From Antedon mediterranea (Eukaryota > Animalia > Echinodermata), in assembly GCF_964355755.1 (NCBI RefSeq), contig NC_092678.1, positions 17,031,881 through 17,095,880 on the forward strand: a stretch of 64,000 bases of DNA, written 5' to 3'. Positions 52,560 to 64,000 of the stretch are shown here, in pieces. The first letter of the stretch is position 1, and every line of letters starts with the position of its first letter. The position numbers and the translations under genes were made by a program. The notes under the pieces were generated by a model. It had not been told where the DNA came from, made no database searches, and saw only the letters and a program-made list of their open reading frames with translations.

Positions 52560-52892
52560 ATTATATATTATGTCTTTAGACACATGTGGCCAAGGATTAC
52601 CAATAGTAAAATGAATCACTGCCCTATCAGATAGGTGGTGATTCCACTGATACAGGGGCTATTTTGTGAACCAGTTCACCGGGGTAACCCCCTACTCGTC
52701 TCGAATGATGAACTGGATTCTTTAAATTACACACGGGTTATAACTATGTACACTGGACCTACGGTTTGTAGTCCTTATCCGAGAAGACTTGTTCCACCAC
52801 CAGAACTAGGAGAGAGTCAACCTCTCGAACCATTTTCGATATTGTTGGCTCTTTTGCCACGGTAAACGGCTCCCCTGACCACTTGGCCATTT
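52560..52892 (-). mobile_element. tRNA-derived SINE with Deu/Nin-like central domain
   Basis: Reverse-complement paralogue of 55270-55620. Confidence 0.82.
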
Positions 52893-53301
52893 AAATACGG
52901 GCCAATAGGTTCAACAACATTTTATTTAACTACAACATCCTTGCTACAAAAAACAATCTCGTTCTACATGTTAATCATAGAATAATGACTTAAACTTTTA
53001 TTTGTGGTTCTTCTTTTCTTCGCAATCAAGAGCATGTCACGTATTTCAATTAAAACATAAATGGTGACGTCTTACGATCAACACTTTTCCACCGAGCTGT
53101 TACACTTCGTGGTTTGGAATAGTTAAACGTCATAAATTGCATTTTATTTGTCAGGAATTTGTATGATTTATTTCTTTTTGATTTTTAAATGCGCCTTGAG
53201 CACTCTGGAGTGGTATGTGCGCTATAAAAATCTTATTATTATTATTATTATTATATTACTGTGTGAAAACACATCGTACCGACTTTGACAAAATCTTCAA
53301 T

Positions 53302-53427
53302 CTATGTCTACACTTTCAAACGTTGTATGAAAAAAAATGTGATGTGTCCATATTGATGTCATGTCACTAGCATAATTGGGCACATCACATTTTGGTTGTC
53401 AAACTAGTGTGATAGTGTAGACCGATC
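53302..53427. mobile_element. Small palindromic MITE
   Basis: GTCTACACT...AGTGTAGAC outer and AAAATGTGATGTG...CACATCACATTTT inner inverted repeats. Confidence 0.62.
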
Positions 53428-54737
53428 TATACAAGCAGAAAAAGAAATTCCAAAAATGTTAGTCACCTTAAGCATACTATTTTGTCCCCTCCGAAGAAAT
53501 GTATATTCAGTGGTTAGTTTGATTATTCTACATGTTGACTTACATAATAAAACTATCGAAACATGTTACTGTAAACTTTCACAAATTTGTGCTTATAATC
53601 ATCTGGTTCGGTTTTATCAAAGAAATACTGTGAACATTCTAACAAATCTGGCCCTTTCTCCAAGTATTATTCAATGTTAATTTAATTTAATAAAAAAAAA
53701 ATGATTAAACATGTAGATTATTTATTATTTAAAAGGGCAACCAGTGAACGTTACTGGTGAGAGAACCCCTAAAACCGTGGCGTGTCTCGATATCCAGTCC
53801 ATGGTGTTTAAAGTTAGAATACACTGCTCCAGGAAGACGCTACCTTAATCCACGTTAGGGCAAATGAGCACTGTCTGTAAGACTCTGTTATGCAGAAATG
53901 TATATCAAATGAAAACGAAAAGGAAAGTCTGGAGTTGTGACTAACCATCTATTTCAGCCAAACAAAAAATGGAACATACTCTATCGACAAAATAGGGACC
54001 AAATCAGAACCCATCAAGATCATATGTATAACTCGACTGCTGATAAATGACGAACGTAAGCTATTTACACGCTACCACTGTAAGGAGCTCGAAAGCAGAG
54101 ATGAATAGATGAATGGATGATAAAATTAATAACTTGCACTACTATATCCTAATTGATAATGAAATAAACATGAACTATATTAATGACATTACAATTGTTA
54201 ACTGAACTGAAGTACATGATGAACAACCACTATTTAGTTTTATAATGAACTTCTGTAATATGAACAAATTGAAACTACTTAATTTGTATTTTTACATTAC
54301 TTTATTGCATTGTCAATACCAACGTAATGAAATATCAGAATATAGGCACAGCACCGGATATTTATGATAACGTGATCTAATGATTATTTGAATAGACACC
54401 ACACCTATGAAATTGAATACAACAATTCTGTAGTCAAATTAAACTGGTTTCTTGTGATAGCGTCAACAAGCATTTTTGACATGAGTAGTGTACTCCATAT
54501 TATTGGTATGATGTACTGTAAGTCCCTCCGGATATATTTAAAGTTACTGGACTTATTATTAATAGTTTTTCGTTAGTAAATTGACACTTTATACTGCCTT
54601 AGTATGATGAACCTTAGAATCAGGCAAACCTTCAAATATCATATCTTATATTATGTCTAATTTCATAATTAACATGATTGCCTTGCAATGTAAATCAGCA
54701 GTCTTTACATTTTTTGGATGCATACAATTATAAGAAG

Positions 54738-54783
54738 AAACACATTTGCAGGCAATGATTGTAAGTTGCTTTCGTATAAATAC
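54738..54783 (-). pseudogene. Degenerate LRR exon
   Basis: GTTGAAG|g YLYESNLQSLPANVF, then truncated. Flanks (CATAATTAACATGATT, CACGAGCTGTTTTGAAGGATGTC) are shared with ~55975-56135 and resemble those of the 60-63 kb units. Confidence 0.6.
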
Positions 54784-55269
54784 CTTCAACAACAAAAAAG
54801 AAACAAAAGTTAGTAATTAAACATTCACGAGCTGTTTTGAAGGATGTCGTCTTTGTTTTTGGACACAAAAGTAAATTAAAATATGTTGGCCGTATAGAAT
54901 AGGTGTCTGTGGAAATTAATATATGGCCGATAACGTTACGAACGTTTGGTTATTACACAAATAAAAATGTAAATAAAGTGCATGATCGAATAGTTTTAGG
55001 GTTCTAAGATGGAGAAATAGACATCAAACTCGTCTGCTGTCATTCGTCTGAAAGTCAATATAAACGGTCAGGCCGTTATTATAAATGAGAAAAAACGTAG
55101 TAAAAGTGTAGTAGTATACTTAAACTTAATTTAAACTTTTCATAAATGTCGGTTGATGTTACGTATGAAGTGATATCCGCGAACATTGCGTCAAGTTTAT
55201 CGAACAATTTGGGTACGAACTTTCAATACCGCTTTACCATGCCATTAAGTAATTGTTCATATAAAGAAT

Positions 55270-55620
55270 CGAGTCAAATGGCCGAGCGGTTAGGGCACGG
55301 GCGCCGTTTACCGTACCTAAAAAGCCAACAACATCGACAAGGGTTCGAGGCCGACTCGCTCCTAGTTCTGGTGGTGGAACAAGTCTTCTCGGATAAGGAC
55401 TATAAACCGTAGGTTCAGTGTACACAGTTATAACCTGTGTGTACTTTAAAGAACCCAGTTCTTTATTCGAAAAGAGTAGGGGGTTACCCCGGTGAACTGG
55501 TTCACAAAATAGCCCTGTATCAGGGGGATTACCACCTATCTGATAGGACAGTGATTAATTCACTATTGGTAATCCTTGGCCACATTGCCTAAAGACATAA
55601 AATAAAAATAAAATAAATAA
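55270..55620 (+). mobile_element. tRNA-derived SINE with Deu/Nin-like central domain
   Basis: A box TGGCCGAGCGG and B box GGTTCGAGGCC. Core CTCGGATAAGGACTATAAACCGTAGG...TTAAAGAACCC...GAAAAGAGTAGGGGGTTACCCCGGTG resembles the DeuSINE domain. (AAAAT)n tail. Confidence 0.82.
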
Positions 55621-56039
55621 ATGAAATATCAATGTAAACGATTCCATGTGGTTCATGTTCTAAAAAACTGCTATTGTTAGCCATTTCCATTGAAAAAAAG
55701 AACCTATTATACTTTTACGGAACATTTTCGCTGAATACGTCGTAGATGTTGGTACTTAGCGTTAGTTAGTTTTAAGTTGGACAAAAGCAGTTTATTAACT
55801 TTAAAAAGAGCATCCCAACCATTGCCTGGTCGGCGATCTTTGACTAAACGTCCTAAATATATTGTTGAACAAACAAAGTTAAATCAAATCATCTGAACTC
55901 ATATTATTAGTTAGTAAATTGAATTTTGGAAACATCTACACATATCATATATCTTATATCACATGCCTAATCTCATAATTAACATGATTAATTTACAATG
56001 TAAATCTGCAGCATATTCGAAGTATAAAATTATAAGAAA

Positions 56040-56100
56040 ACACAGTATTTGCAAAGATTTTTAACCACATTTGCAGGCAATGATTTTCGTTGTAAACGTT
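56040..56100 (-). pseudogene. Highly degenerate LRR exon relic
   Basis: KSLPANVVKNL remnant in flanks paralogous to 54640-54900. Confidence 0.45.
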
Positions 56101-57289
56101 GTAAATAAACACACGAGCTGTTTTGAAGGATGTCTTTGTTCTGGAAAAAATAGTTTCACTTGCGTATATGTCAATGATTAACATATAGTGGTTGTAAAAT
56201 AATAAGTGTCAGTGGAAAATAATAGATGCTGATGTTAACATGCTAATAAAAAAAAAGAAGAGTGACATTACAAATGTAAGAGTTTAGCTTTATAATGTAT
56301 TTGTAATAGGTAGTCTCTGTAGCAAGGGAAAATTCCCACCCTACTAAACATAGCTGAAATAATAGTTGATGTAGACCTAATCTGACCTACATGAATTTTA
56401 GAATTGAGAATAACCAAACGAATTAAGGAAAATTTTTTACAGAAAATCGATGGTATAATGATGATTTATTTGCAGTCTAACAAGTGACAGTATTATCCCT
56501 TCTCTTATCTTATCTTATAATAGGTCTACTGCAGAATGTGAACGGAAGCATCCGTATACGTTTGACAAAAGTATAAAAAAATTATCTATAAAAACATTTA
56601 CCAGTTTATAATAATCTCATAGCGCCGTTACACACTCACATAATTATTATTTGTTTGTACAATAATGTAATCAAATAGATTGGAAGATACTAAAGCATTT
56701 TTTAAAAACTATAACACAATACTACTTTTGTAAGGTCTATGACCCACAAGGGCTTTGATGTTACTGTAATGATCAACAACTGTAACATTAACATTGGTCA
56801 AATCAAGTAAACATGTTCCTACCAAGAATAACCTGTAATACAAAAAAGTAAACATAATAATACAATTTGAATATAAATTTTATTGACAAAAAGAGAAATA
56901 GACGTTTCGGTACCATCATAGAACCATTTTCAAGATCAAGTGAATACAAAACAATAATAATTATGTGCACTAAGCACCAAAGTTGGTGACATGAAATGCT
57001 ACTGAGGGATTGAAATTATATAGTAAACGTCTTTTAATTCATAATAATACAACTTAAAACTATCATTTTAATTAATTTGCAAAAAAAAACAAAAAAAAAA
57101 CACCAACATATTTTAGGTTTTATCCACTTTGATTAAGAAAAAATCGAATGATTTGTTATTGTTCAGAGTCATACCACAAGGCTTCAATTAATAAAACATA
57201 CTTTAACGTACTAATGTTATAGGATCTAGTATGCCAACAAATTACACCAGGTATGTATGCAATATTTTACTCCAGAAGATGTTAAAATA

Positions 57290-59905
57290 CTCAAGAATAA
57301 ACTAGCTAAGTAACTGATGGGGGTGACAGTGTCGTATTAAAACGTCGTCAAAAAGTCGAGAATAATATGACCGATATCTTATCATTTCTTATTAACAATA
57401 ATGTTGAATTAAAGAATTCCGACATTTGCTGCTGTGAACTTATCTAAAATTGCAACTGTTGATATTGGGGCTGTAGATACTGCCTCGTTATATCGTGAGA
57501 TAAACAAGATACCATTTGATTTGCAGCTTGTAAAAGGATATGTTGAGCATGGTTTTACTGAAAGACAACACATCAAGAATAAGCTGAATGAGTGTTATTG
57601 AACAGTCAAAACTTCATTGAACTGCAATAATGCTAGCAACGCCAAGTATTTTCCTAATGCTGTTTAAGTGATGCATCTCGTCAAGGTACGTATAAGCAAA
57701 GGCCACAAAAAAGCAGACACATGCCTTCCTTGGAAATATGTCCGTTGATACCACCGTGGATGGAAATCAATGCAAAAGTGAGTGCTTTGACTGTTAAAAG
57801 TGATGAATATGTTCCTTTATTGTTGAGCTGTGATGCTAAATATAAAGAGAATATACTTGGTCCGTCACTCTGGCCTGCTAATGCCATCATTCGTAAATAT
57901 TATGAGCCTAGAATTGGTTTGAAAGATAATCAATATGACTCCAGTTTTAACCATACTGGTTAGTCATGGCTGTTCATCAAACTTGTGATGTCCGAGTAGT
58001 TTCATATAACTGTAAGAAATTAAAGTCTAAACAGAAGAAGATTATTGACTTATGCGAGACGTATGATGTTATTTGTTTGCAAGAAACATGGCTATGTTAT
58101 GATGAGCTTCACCTCTTGAAAACGCTGTATATTGATTTTGACTGTTATGGCACGTCGTCTATTGATACCTCCGCATCTCTGGAAGTGTAGCTACATTGTT
58201 TAGAAAGAGTTTATATAGTTCTGGTAGGCTGTGAGAATCGGGGTTCACGTCTGACACGTTTACCTTCTATAGCACATAACACAACCAGTCGGTTGGACCA
58301 TTTAGTTTCCACTCAGAGTTCTCATTCTAGTTTAAGTAATTGTAATTGTAGTTTTGCGTCAGGTAGTTGAGTGATTAGATGTTTTGCCCTACTAAGTACA
58401 ATTGAGAATATTTGCGAAAACATTCGCAAGTAGTTCTCGGGTGAGACTCGAACCCACGACCTCCAGATCACTAGCCTGGCGTTCATACCTCTAGACCACC
58501 GAGCTTGCGCTGATGGCCAGTGGTTAGATTCGAGCTCAAGTAAGCAGCGGGTACTGCACCAACAGGATTGTAATTGTAGTTTTAGCTATTGTAATTTTAG
58601 CTATATGATTTCATAGGGTCTGATCATTTCTCTATTGCATTTTGTATTAATGATGTTTAATGGGATAAACCTATAACCCATGATTCAAGATAACGACAGA
58701 CATAACATTGCAACTATTGTTAACTGGAAGTCCGTTAGTAAACAGGATATTGATAAGTACACTTATACCACATGTATTACTTAATAGTCTTTTAATTAAG
58801 TCCTAAGCTTTCAATTGCCATAGTTGCTTTCTGGACGCACCAAAAGCGTTCGATCGAGTCAATCATTGAACCTTATTTAAAGTTTTAATTGAAAGAGGTG
58901 TGCCTATCTGTGTAGTTAGGATCTTACGACTGGTATGATTATCAAGAATTTGTTGTTAGATGGGGACATTGTGTCCCTTCACCTTTTTTCTGTTATTAAC
59001 GGCGTGCGCCAAGGGAGTGTAATTTCTCCACTGCTTTACAATGTAGCCTATATATTGACGATCTTTATGTACAACTTAGAGAGTCAAATCATGGGTGTAC
59101 TATTGGTGATAACAAAGTTAATTGTCTCAGTTACGCTGATGACATGGCTCCTTTAAGTTCTATTGGAGTACTGAATCTCATTAATGTTTTTGAACTTTAT
59201 GCTACGAATCGAGATATTGTGTACGGTACTATACAATCCAAGTGTATGTTTTTATGTGCTCGTGTACGTAAGTTACAAGGTTGACCTAGTGTTAAGCTAA
59301 ACCACACTGACCTTGAATTTGTTGACTGTATAACATACTTGGGTCATGTGATTTTTAACTCTCTGAATTATGATAATGATATTAAGAAACAGTATCGAGC
59401 TCTGTATATCAAAGCTAATGCATTATACAGGACATTCTACAAATGTTCCGTTGAAGTTAAATGTCAATTATTTAAAATGTTTTGCGTTAATGTAGGTCAA
59501 TACTGTATGACTCTATGGAGTAAATTCCGTGAAGGTACTGTAAACTAATTTAAAGTTTTCTTTAATAACGGGTTGCGTAAGCTACTGAAAATTCTTAGTT
59601 ATAGCATGATGTTTTTTAACGAATAACGTTCCCTCATTCTATAATTAGATGGAACGCTATACATTATAGTTTTAAGAACATAATTAATGACAGTTGCAAT
59701 AGCCTGATTCAAACCATAGTCTGTTAACGTCCTTACACAATCCAACCTACATCAGCGTTGGTACAAATTGGTATTTAGGATATTGTAGGTTGGTTTTGTG
59801 GAAGTTGCTTATATTGTTAATTTCCTGGTGAAATTGTTTCTATTTTTGTTTTTTTGTATGATTTGTATATGGATGTACTATCCGAAATAAAGAAAATGAA
59901 TGAAT
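57290..59905 (+). mobile_element. Degraded non-LTR retrotransposon (ORF1 relic, endonuclease, RT) with internal deletions
   Basis: VVSYNC...DVICLQETWL (57966-58190), FLDAPKAFDRVNH (~58828), NGVRQGSVISPLLYN, SYADDMA, YLGHVI. 3' end AATAAA...(TGAA)n at 59886-59905. Confidence 0.85.
58356..58566 (-). mobile_element. 211 bp insert with an internal tRNA-like cloverleaf (AGT anticodon), flanked by 17 bp direct repeats
   Basis: ATTGTAATTGTAGTTTT at 58339-58355 and 58567-58583. Minus 58504-58435 reads GCTCGGTGGTCTAGAGGTATGAACG-CCAGG-CTAGTGA-TCTGG-AGGTC-GTGGG-TTCGAGT-CTCAC-CCGAGA. Confidence 0.72.
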
Positions 59906-60084
59906 GGGTGAATAGTGTACCGTCATTTTAAAAGTGATATTATTGGCCTAATACAACGTACTGATATTTAGAAACAGTTAAACCTACCCTTAAATGCATA
60001 ATTTTACAATTAACATGATTTACTTACAATTGTAAAGCTTTTAAATGTTTACCAGTAAGGAAAAACATGAGAATAAACACTTAC

Positions 60085-60159
60085 AGTGTAACCAATGATG
60101 TCAAACCACCAAATGCACTGTTTTCATGCAATATAGTAATGTCATTACTTCCTAAATCC
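60085..60159 (-). CDS. Single LRR exon (75 bp, one-codon insertion, phase 2-2)
   Basis: TTTTATTTTGAAG|g DLGSNDITILHENSAFGGLTSLVT(L)|GTAAGT. Confidence 0.84.
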
Positions 60160-60399
60160 CTTCAAAATAAAAACATAAATACATGGTAAAATAACAGTTC
60201 ACGAGTTGATGTTTTCTTCTTTGGAAAAAATAGGTACAGTTTGGTGTGTATGTCAGTGGACAAAATAGTGACCGTCAAATAATTTATCTGTATTGTACTG
60301 TTAGTATGTATTACGTGACGTGTCAGTGAAAATTGAAGAGGATTGATAATGGTACATCAAAAGTTAAAATATTATTAAAATTAAAATACAAAGTTTATC

Positions 60400-61100
60400 A
60401 ATCAAGTACGTAGAACAAAAAGATCGGAAGCCTAACTGGTCGGAACCTGTTCGCCAGAGATGGATCCTGATCAAGTTCAAACTGTCAAACACGTCACAGG
60501 AAGCGTGGACAAATGTGGAAGACGCGTCAAACTTCGAAGGAAAAAATTCAACCCTCCAATGCCAGCTGTTATTTTTGGTAATGCTCACTCACTCAAAAAC
60601 AAGTGAATTGGCTGCAAATGCCAGTATACAGGGACAGTTGCCAGTTGCGCTCACTGAAACTTGGCTAAATGAATCTTTATCGGATCATGGATCAAAAAAT
60701 TTTTCTTGTAACCTGCAATTATTAAAAGTTGCCCATCGTCCCTTTTACTTGTAAAGGGAATTCTCGCAAGTTCTAGTCATCATTATCTATAGGCCTATAC
60801 ACCAGAAAGCAGACTACAAAGTAGCTTGCACTAAAGTCGCTGAGGTAGATAGACACCTAATATAAGCTGCAAATCTCCAGATTCAAAAAAGCTCTTACTA
60901 GGTGATTTCAACAAAGGATCCCATAAAGAGCTTTCAAAGGTAATTCCACACCTTCATCAATATGTAAACGTTGCTACGAGAAAAGGCACTATACTTGATA
61001 TGTGCTATGGATATAGTTAAAATGCTTATACAGCAAAGAGATATCCAGGCATTGGGCGGTCAGATCACGAAATGATACAGCATGATCCAAAGCTATAATT
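60400..61100 (+). mobile_element. Rex1/Babar-type LINE endonuclease fragment, copy 1
   Basis: FGNAHSLK, ALTETWLN, RPFYL*REFSQV, LLGDFN, QYVNVATR, GRSDHEMI. Confidence 0.82.
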
Positions 61101-61204
61101 CACGAACTTAGGAAGCCTCAAAATGAATATGATACACGCACATATCTTTAATTATGATATTCATTAGGCCTACATTTGGCCTGGGTTAACCCATTGTGGT
61201 GCTG

Positions 61205-61417
61205 TTTTTTTAGTCGCGTGGACGCGACTCAATAGTTCACTATGTCGGTCGGTCGGTCGGTCTGTCGGTCTGTCTGTCGGTCTGGTATCACTATGCGTTT
61301 TATCGCTTTTCTGTACTTTTTGAACTGTTTTGATGTACAGAAAAGTTTTAAAGTACATTACTTTTTGAAAGTTCATTTTTTTCTGAGAGCACGCGACTTA
61401 TGGCTGTTGGCCTTGTT
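61205..61417 (-). mobile_element. Short Helentron/DINE-1-like family A variant
   Basis: Same head, microsatellite and hairpin with a different short core. Empty site GTGCTGTTTTTTTTTGTACTTCAG at ~62854-62877. Confidence 0.82.
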
Positions 61418-61732
61418 TATTTTTCAGTTCGATTCTTCCAGGATAGTATTGTTTTATTTATTTAATCTATAGAAGGTTCAAAATGTTGTTTAATAATTAA
61501 TGTTAGATGGTATGAGATAAAACAAGAGACAAACTGTACATAGTAACAGGAATGAAATTGAAGATGATTACCACTTTCTGTTAAAGTGTTAATACAACTT
61601 ATTTTTATCGTTTGATTTATTTTGCAAAATACACTAAATTAAGAAAAACATATTTTATGTTGTATCCGCTTTAATAATAAAGAAAAAGTCAAAGAATTTG
61701 TTATTTGTTAAAAAATGAGAATAAACACTTAC

Positions 61733-61804
61733 AGTGTAACCAATGATGTCAAGCCACCAAATGCATTTTCATGCAATGTAGTAATGTCGTTACCTCTTAA
61801 ATCC
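61733..61804 (-). CDS. Single LRR exon (72 bp, phase 2-2)
   Basis: TTTTATTTTGAAG|g DLRGNDITTLHENAFGGLTSLVT(L)|GTAAGT. Confidence 0.88.
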
Positions 61805-62019
61805 CTTCAAAATAAAAACATGAATACTTGGTAAAATAACAGTTCACGAGTTGGGAAAAATAGGTACAGTTTGGTTTGTATGTCAGCGGACAAAATAGTG
61901 ACCGTAAAATAATGTATCTGTATTGTACTGTTAGTGTGTATTACGTGACGTGTCAGTGAACATTAAAGAGGATTGACAATGGTACAAAAGTTAACATATT
62001 ATTAAAATTAAAATTCAAC

Positions 62020-62740
62020 ATTTATCAATCAAGTACGTAGAACAAAAAGATCGGAAGCCTAACTGGTCAGAACCTGTTCCGCCAGAGATGGATCCTGATC
62101 AAGTTCAAACTATCAAACACGTCACAGGAAGCGTAGAAAATGTGGAAGACGCGTCAAACTTCGAAGGAAAAAATTAAAACCTCCAATGCCATCTGTTATA
62201 TTTGGTAATGCTCACTCACTCAAAAACAAGTGAATTGGCTGCAAATGCCAGTATACCTGTTTGAATGCAGGGACAGTTGCCTTGTGGCGCTCACTGAAAC
62301 TTGGCTGAATGAATCTTTATCGGATCATGGATCAAAAAATTGGACTTGTGACCTGCAATTATTAAAAGTTTCCCATCGTCCCTTTTACTTGCAAAGGGAA
62401 TTCTCGCAAGTTCTAGTCATCATTATCTATAGGCCTATACACCCGAAAGCAGACTTCAAAGTAGCTTGCACTAAACTCGCTGAGGTAGATAGACACCTAA
62501 GCTGCAAATTTCCAGATTCAATAAAGCTCTTACTAGGTGATTTCCACAAAGGATCCCATAAAGAGCTTACAAAGGTAATTCCACACCTTTATCAATATGT
62601 CAACGTTGCTACGAGAGAAGGCACAATATACTTGATAATTATGTGCTATGGATATGTTAAAAATGCTTATACAGCCAAGAGATGTCCAGGCATTTGGCGG
62701 TCAGATCAAGAAATGATACAACATGATCCCAAGCTATAAT
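62020..62740 (+). mobile_element. Rex1/Babar-type LINE endonuclease fragment, copy 2
   Basis: ORF 62230-62739: ALTETWLNES...RPFYLQREFSQVLV...LLGDFH...QYVNVATRE...RSDQEMI. Confidence 0.84.
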
Positions 62741-63370
62741 TCACGAACGTAGGAATCCTCAAAATGAATATGATACGCACATAGCTTAGTGCCTTTAATT
62801 ATGATATTCATTAGGCCTACATTAGGCCTGGGTTAACCCACTGTGCAACTGTAGTGCTGTTTTTTTTTGTACTTCAGTTCGATTCTTACAGGATAGTATT
62901 GTTTTATTTATTTAATCTATAGAAGGTTCAACATTTTGTTTTGGGATTAATGTTATATGGTGTGAGATAAAACGAGTTGAAACAGTATTGAAATTGAAGA
63001 TGAGTACCACTTTCTGTTAATGTGTTAATACAACTTAAATTTATCGTTTGATTTATTTTGCAAAATACACTAAATTAGGAAACAACAGATTTTATGTTGC
63101 ATCCGCTTTAATAATAATTTGTTCACGGTCATACCACCACCATAACGCTTTGACAAAAAAAACATTTTAACCTTTCCACGTATTGATGATATAGTTTATA
63201 ATTATTAAAATAGGCCTATATGGTAAGATATAACCACGTTACCCTAGCATCATGGTATTTAGACTAAACCTACACTTAAACGTATAATAATCACAATTAA
63301 CATGATTTACTTACAATTGTAAAGCTTTTAAATTTTTACCAGTAAGGAAAAAATGAGAATAAACACTTAC

Positions 63371-63442
63371 AGTGTAACCAATGACGTCAAACCAACAAAT
63401 GTTTTTTCATACAATGTAGTAATGCCGTTACTGCTTAAATCC
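63371..63442 (-). CDS. Single LRR exon (72 bp, phase 2-2)
   Basis: TTTTATTTTTAAG|g DLSSNGITTLYEKTFVGLTSLVT(L)|GTAAGT. Confidence 0.85.
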
Positions 63443-63465
63443 CTTAAAAATAAAAACAATTGGTA

Positions 63466-64000
63466 AACTAGAATTTAATTCGTCACTTTGACGAATTATA
63501 GGTGATCATTGTTATCATTTTAATGAAATTAACATTTTTTAAACATGCACGTACGTTAACATACGATCGTAAAAAGTTGATGTACGCCATCCTATGACAT
63601 GATGCATACACTTATATCGCTGAGTTGTGCCTATTATATGCCATATACAATATGTACAGTATATACTGTATATCTATATACAGTGTAGCATAGGTGAAAT
63701 TACGGGACACACATCATGTTCTAATTTTTTGGTATGATGGAATTATCAAAATAAACTCAAAGATGACAATTTCGAAAGCTAATGAATTGAGAAAATAAAT
63801 ATAAGAATTGGAAGAGAATCTGGCACGTAGAAGCGCCGTGCGCGCTCTTTGAAATTTCTATAACTTTGACGAAAAAGATGAAAATACTACTTTTTAACTT
63901 CAACTGGCCATATGTTAACGTCACAACATCCGATAGGCTTGGTTTTTATATGAATTCATATCTACATTTCATCAGCTTCCATAATAAATTATAATCATCA
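63466..64000 (+). mobile_element. Diverged Helentron-like family B element, runs off the window
   Basis: AACTAGAATTTAATTCGTCACTTTGACGAATT hairpin start. Blocks TAGGTGAAAT.AC.GGGAC and AACTGGCCATATG..ACGTCACAACATCCGAT are shared with 41869-42320. Confidence 0.6.

Larger units (their letters stand above)
59975..63465 (+). repeat. ~1.64 kb tandem duplication (two full units plus start of a third), each with one LRR exon
   Basis: LRR exons spaced 1648 and 1638 bp apart. Intron sequence and Rex1-like fragment repeated (60070-61680 versus 61718-63120). Confidence 0.9.

Overview
AT-rich, repeat-dense eukaryotic (animal) genomic DNA. Spliceosomal introns, LINE/SINE/Helitron content, a Deu-type SINE and abundant TAGGCCTA motifs suggest a marine invertebrate, possibly an echinoderm (inference). 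Host-gene content is sparse. On the minus strand are the signal-peptide exon and a CUB-domain exon of a secreted or membrane protein (5089-6748), plus a dispersed array of 72-75 bp single-LRR exons (43.7-63.4 kb) amplified by local tandem duplications. The ORF track misses these LRR exons. A frameshifted SH3 first exon resembling NCKIPSD sits at 8777-8942 (+). The dominant structure is a 7.26 kb non-coding foldback element (27748-35007) with ~3.54 kb inverted arms, a ~183 bp spacer and a target-site duplication. A second, oppositely oriented copy occupies 1-3874. Variant patterns show the two arms of one copy are homogenised with each other. Other elements: a three-level nest (Kolobok-like MITE containing a 5'-truncated Tx1 LINE that carries an unclassified 1.9 kb insert), two complete non-autonomous Helitrons, two Helentron/DINE-1-like families (three empty sites are visible in the window), Harbinger-like MITEs, several dead LINEs and a 110 bp minisatellite. 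All coordinates were read by eye and may be off by a few bases. No database searches were run.
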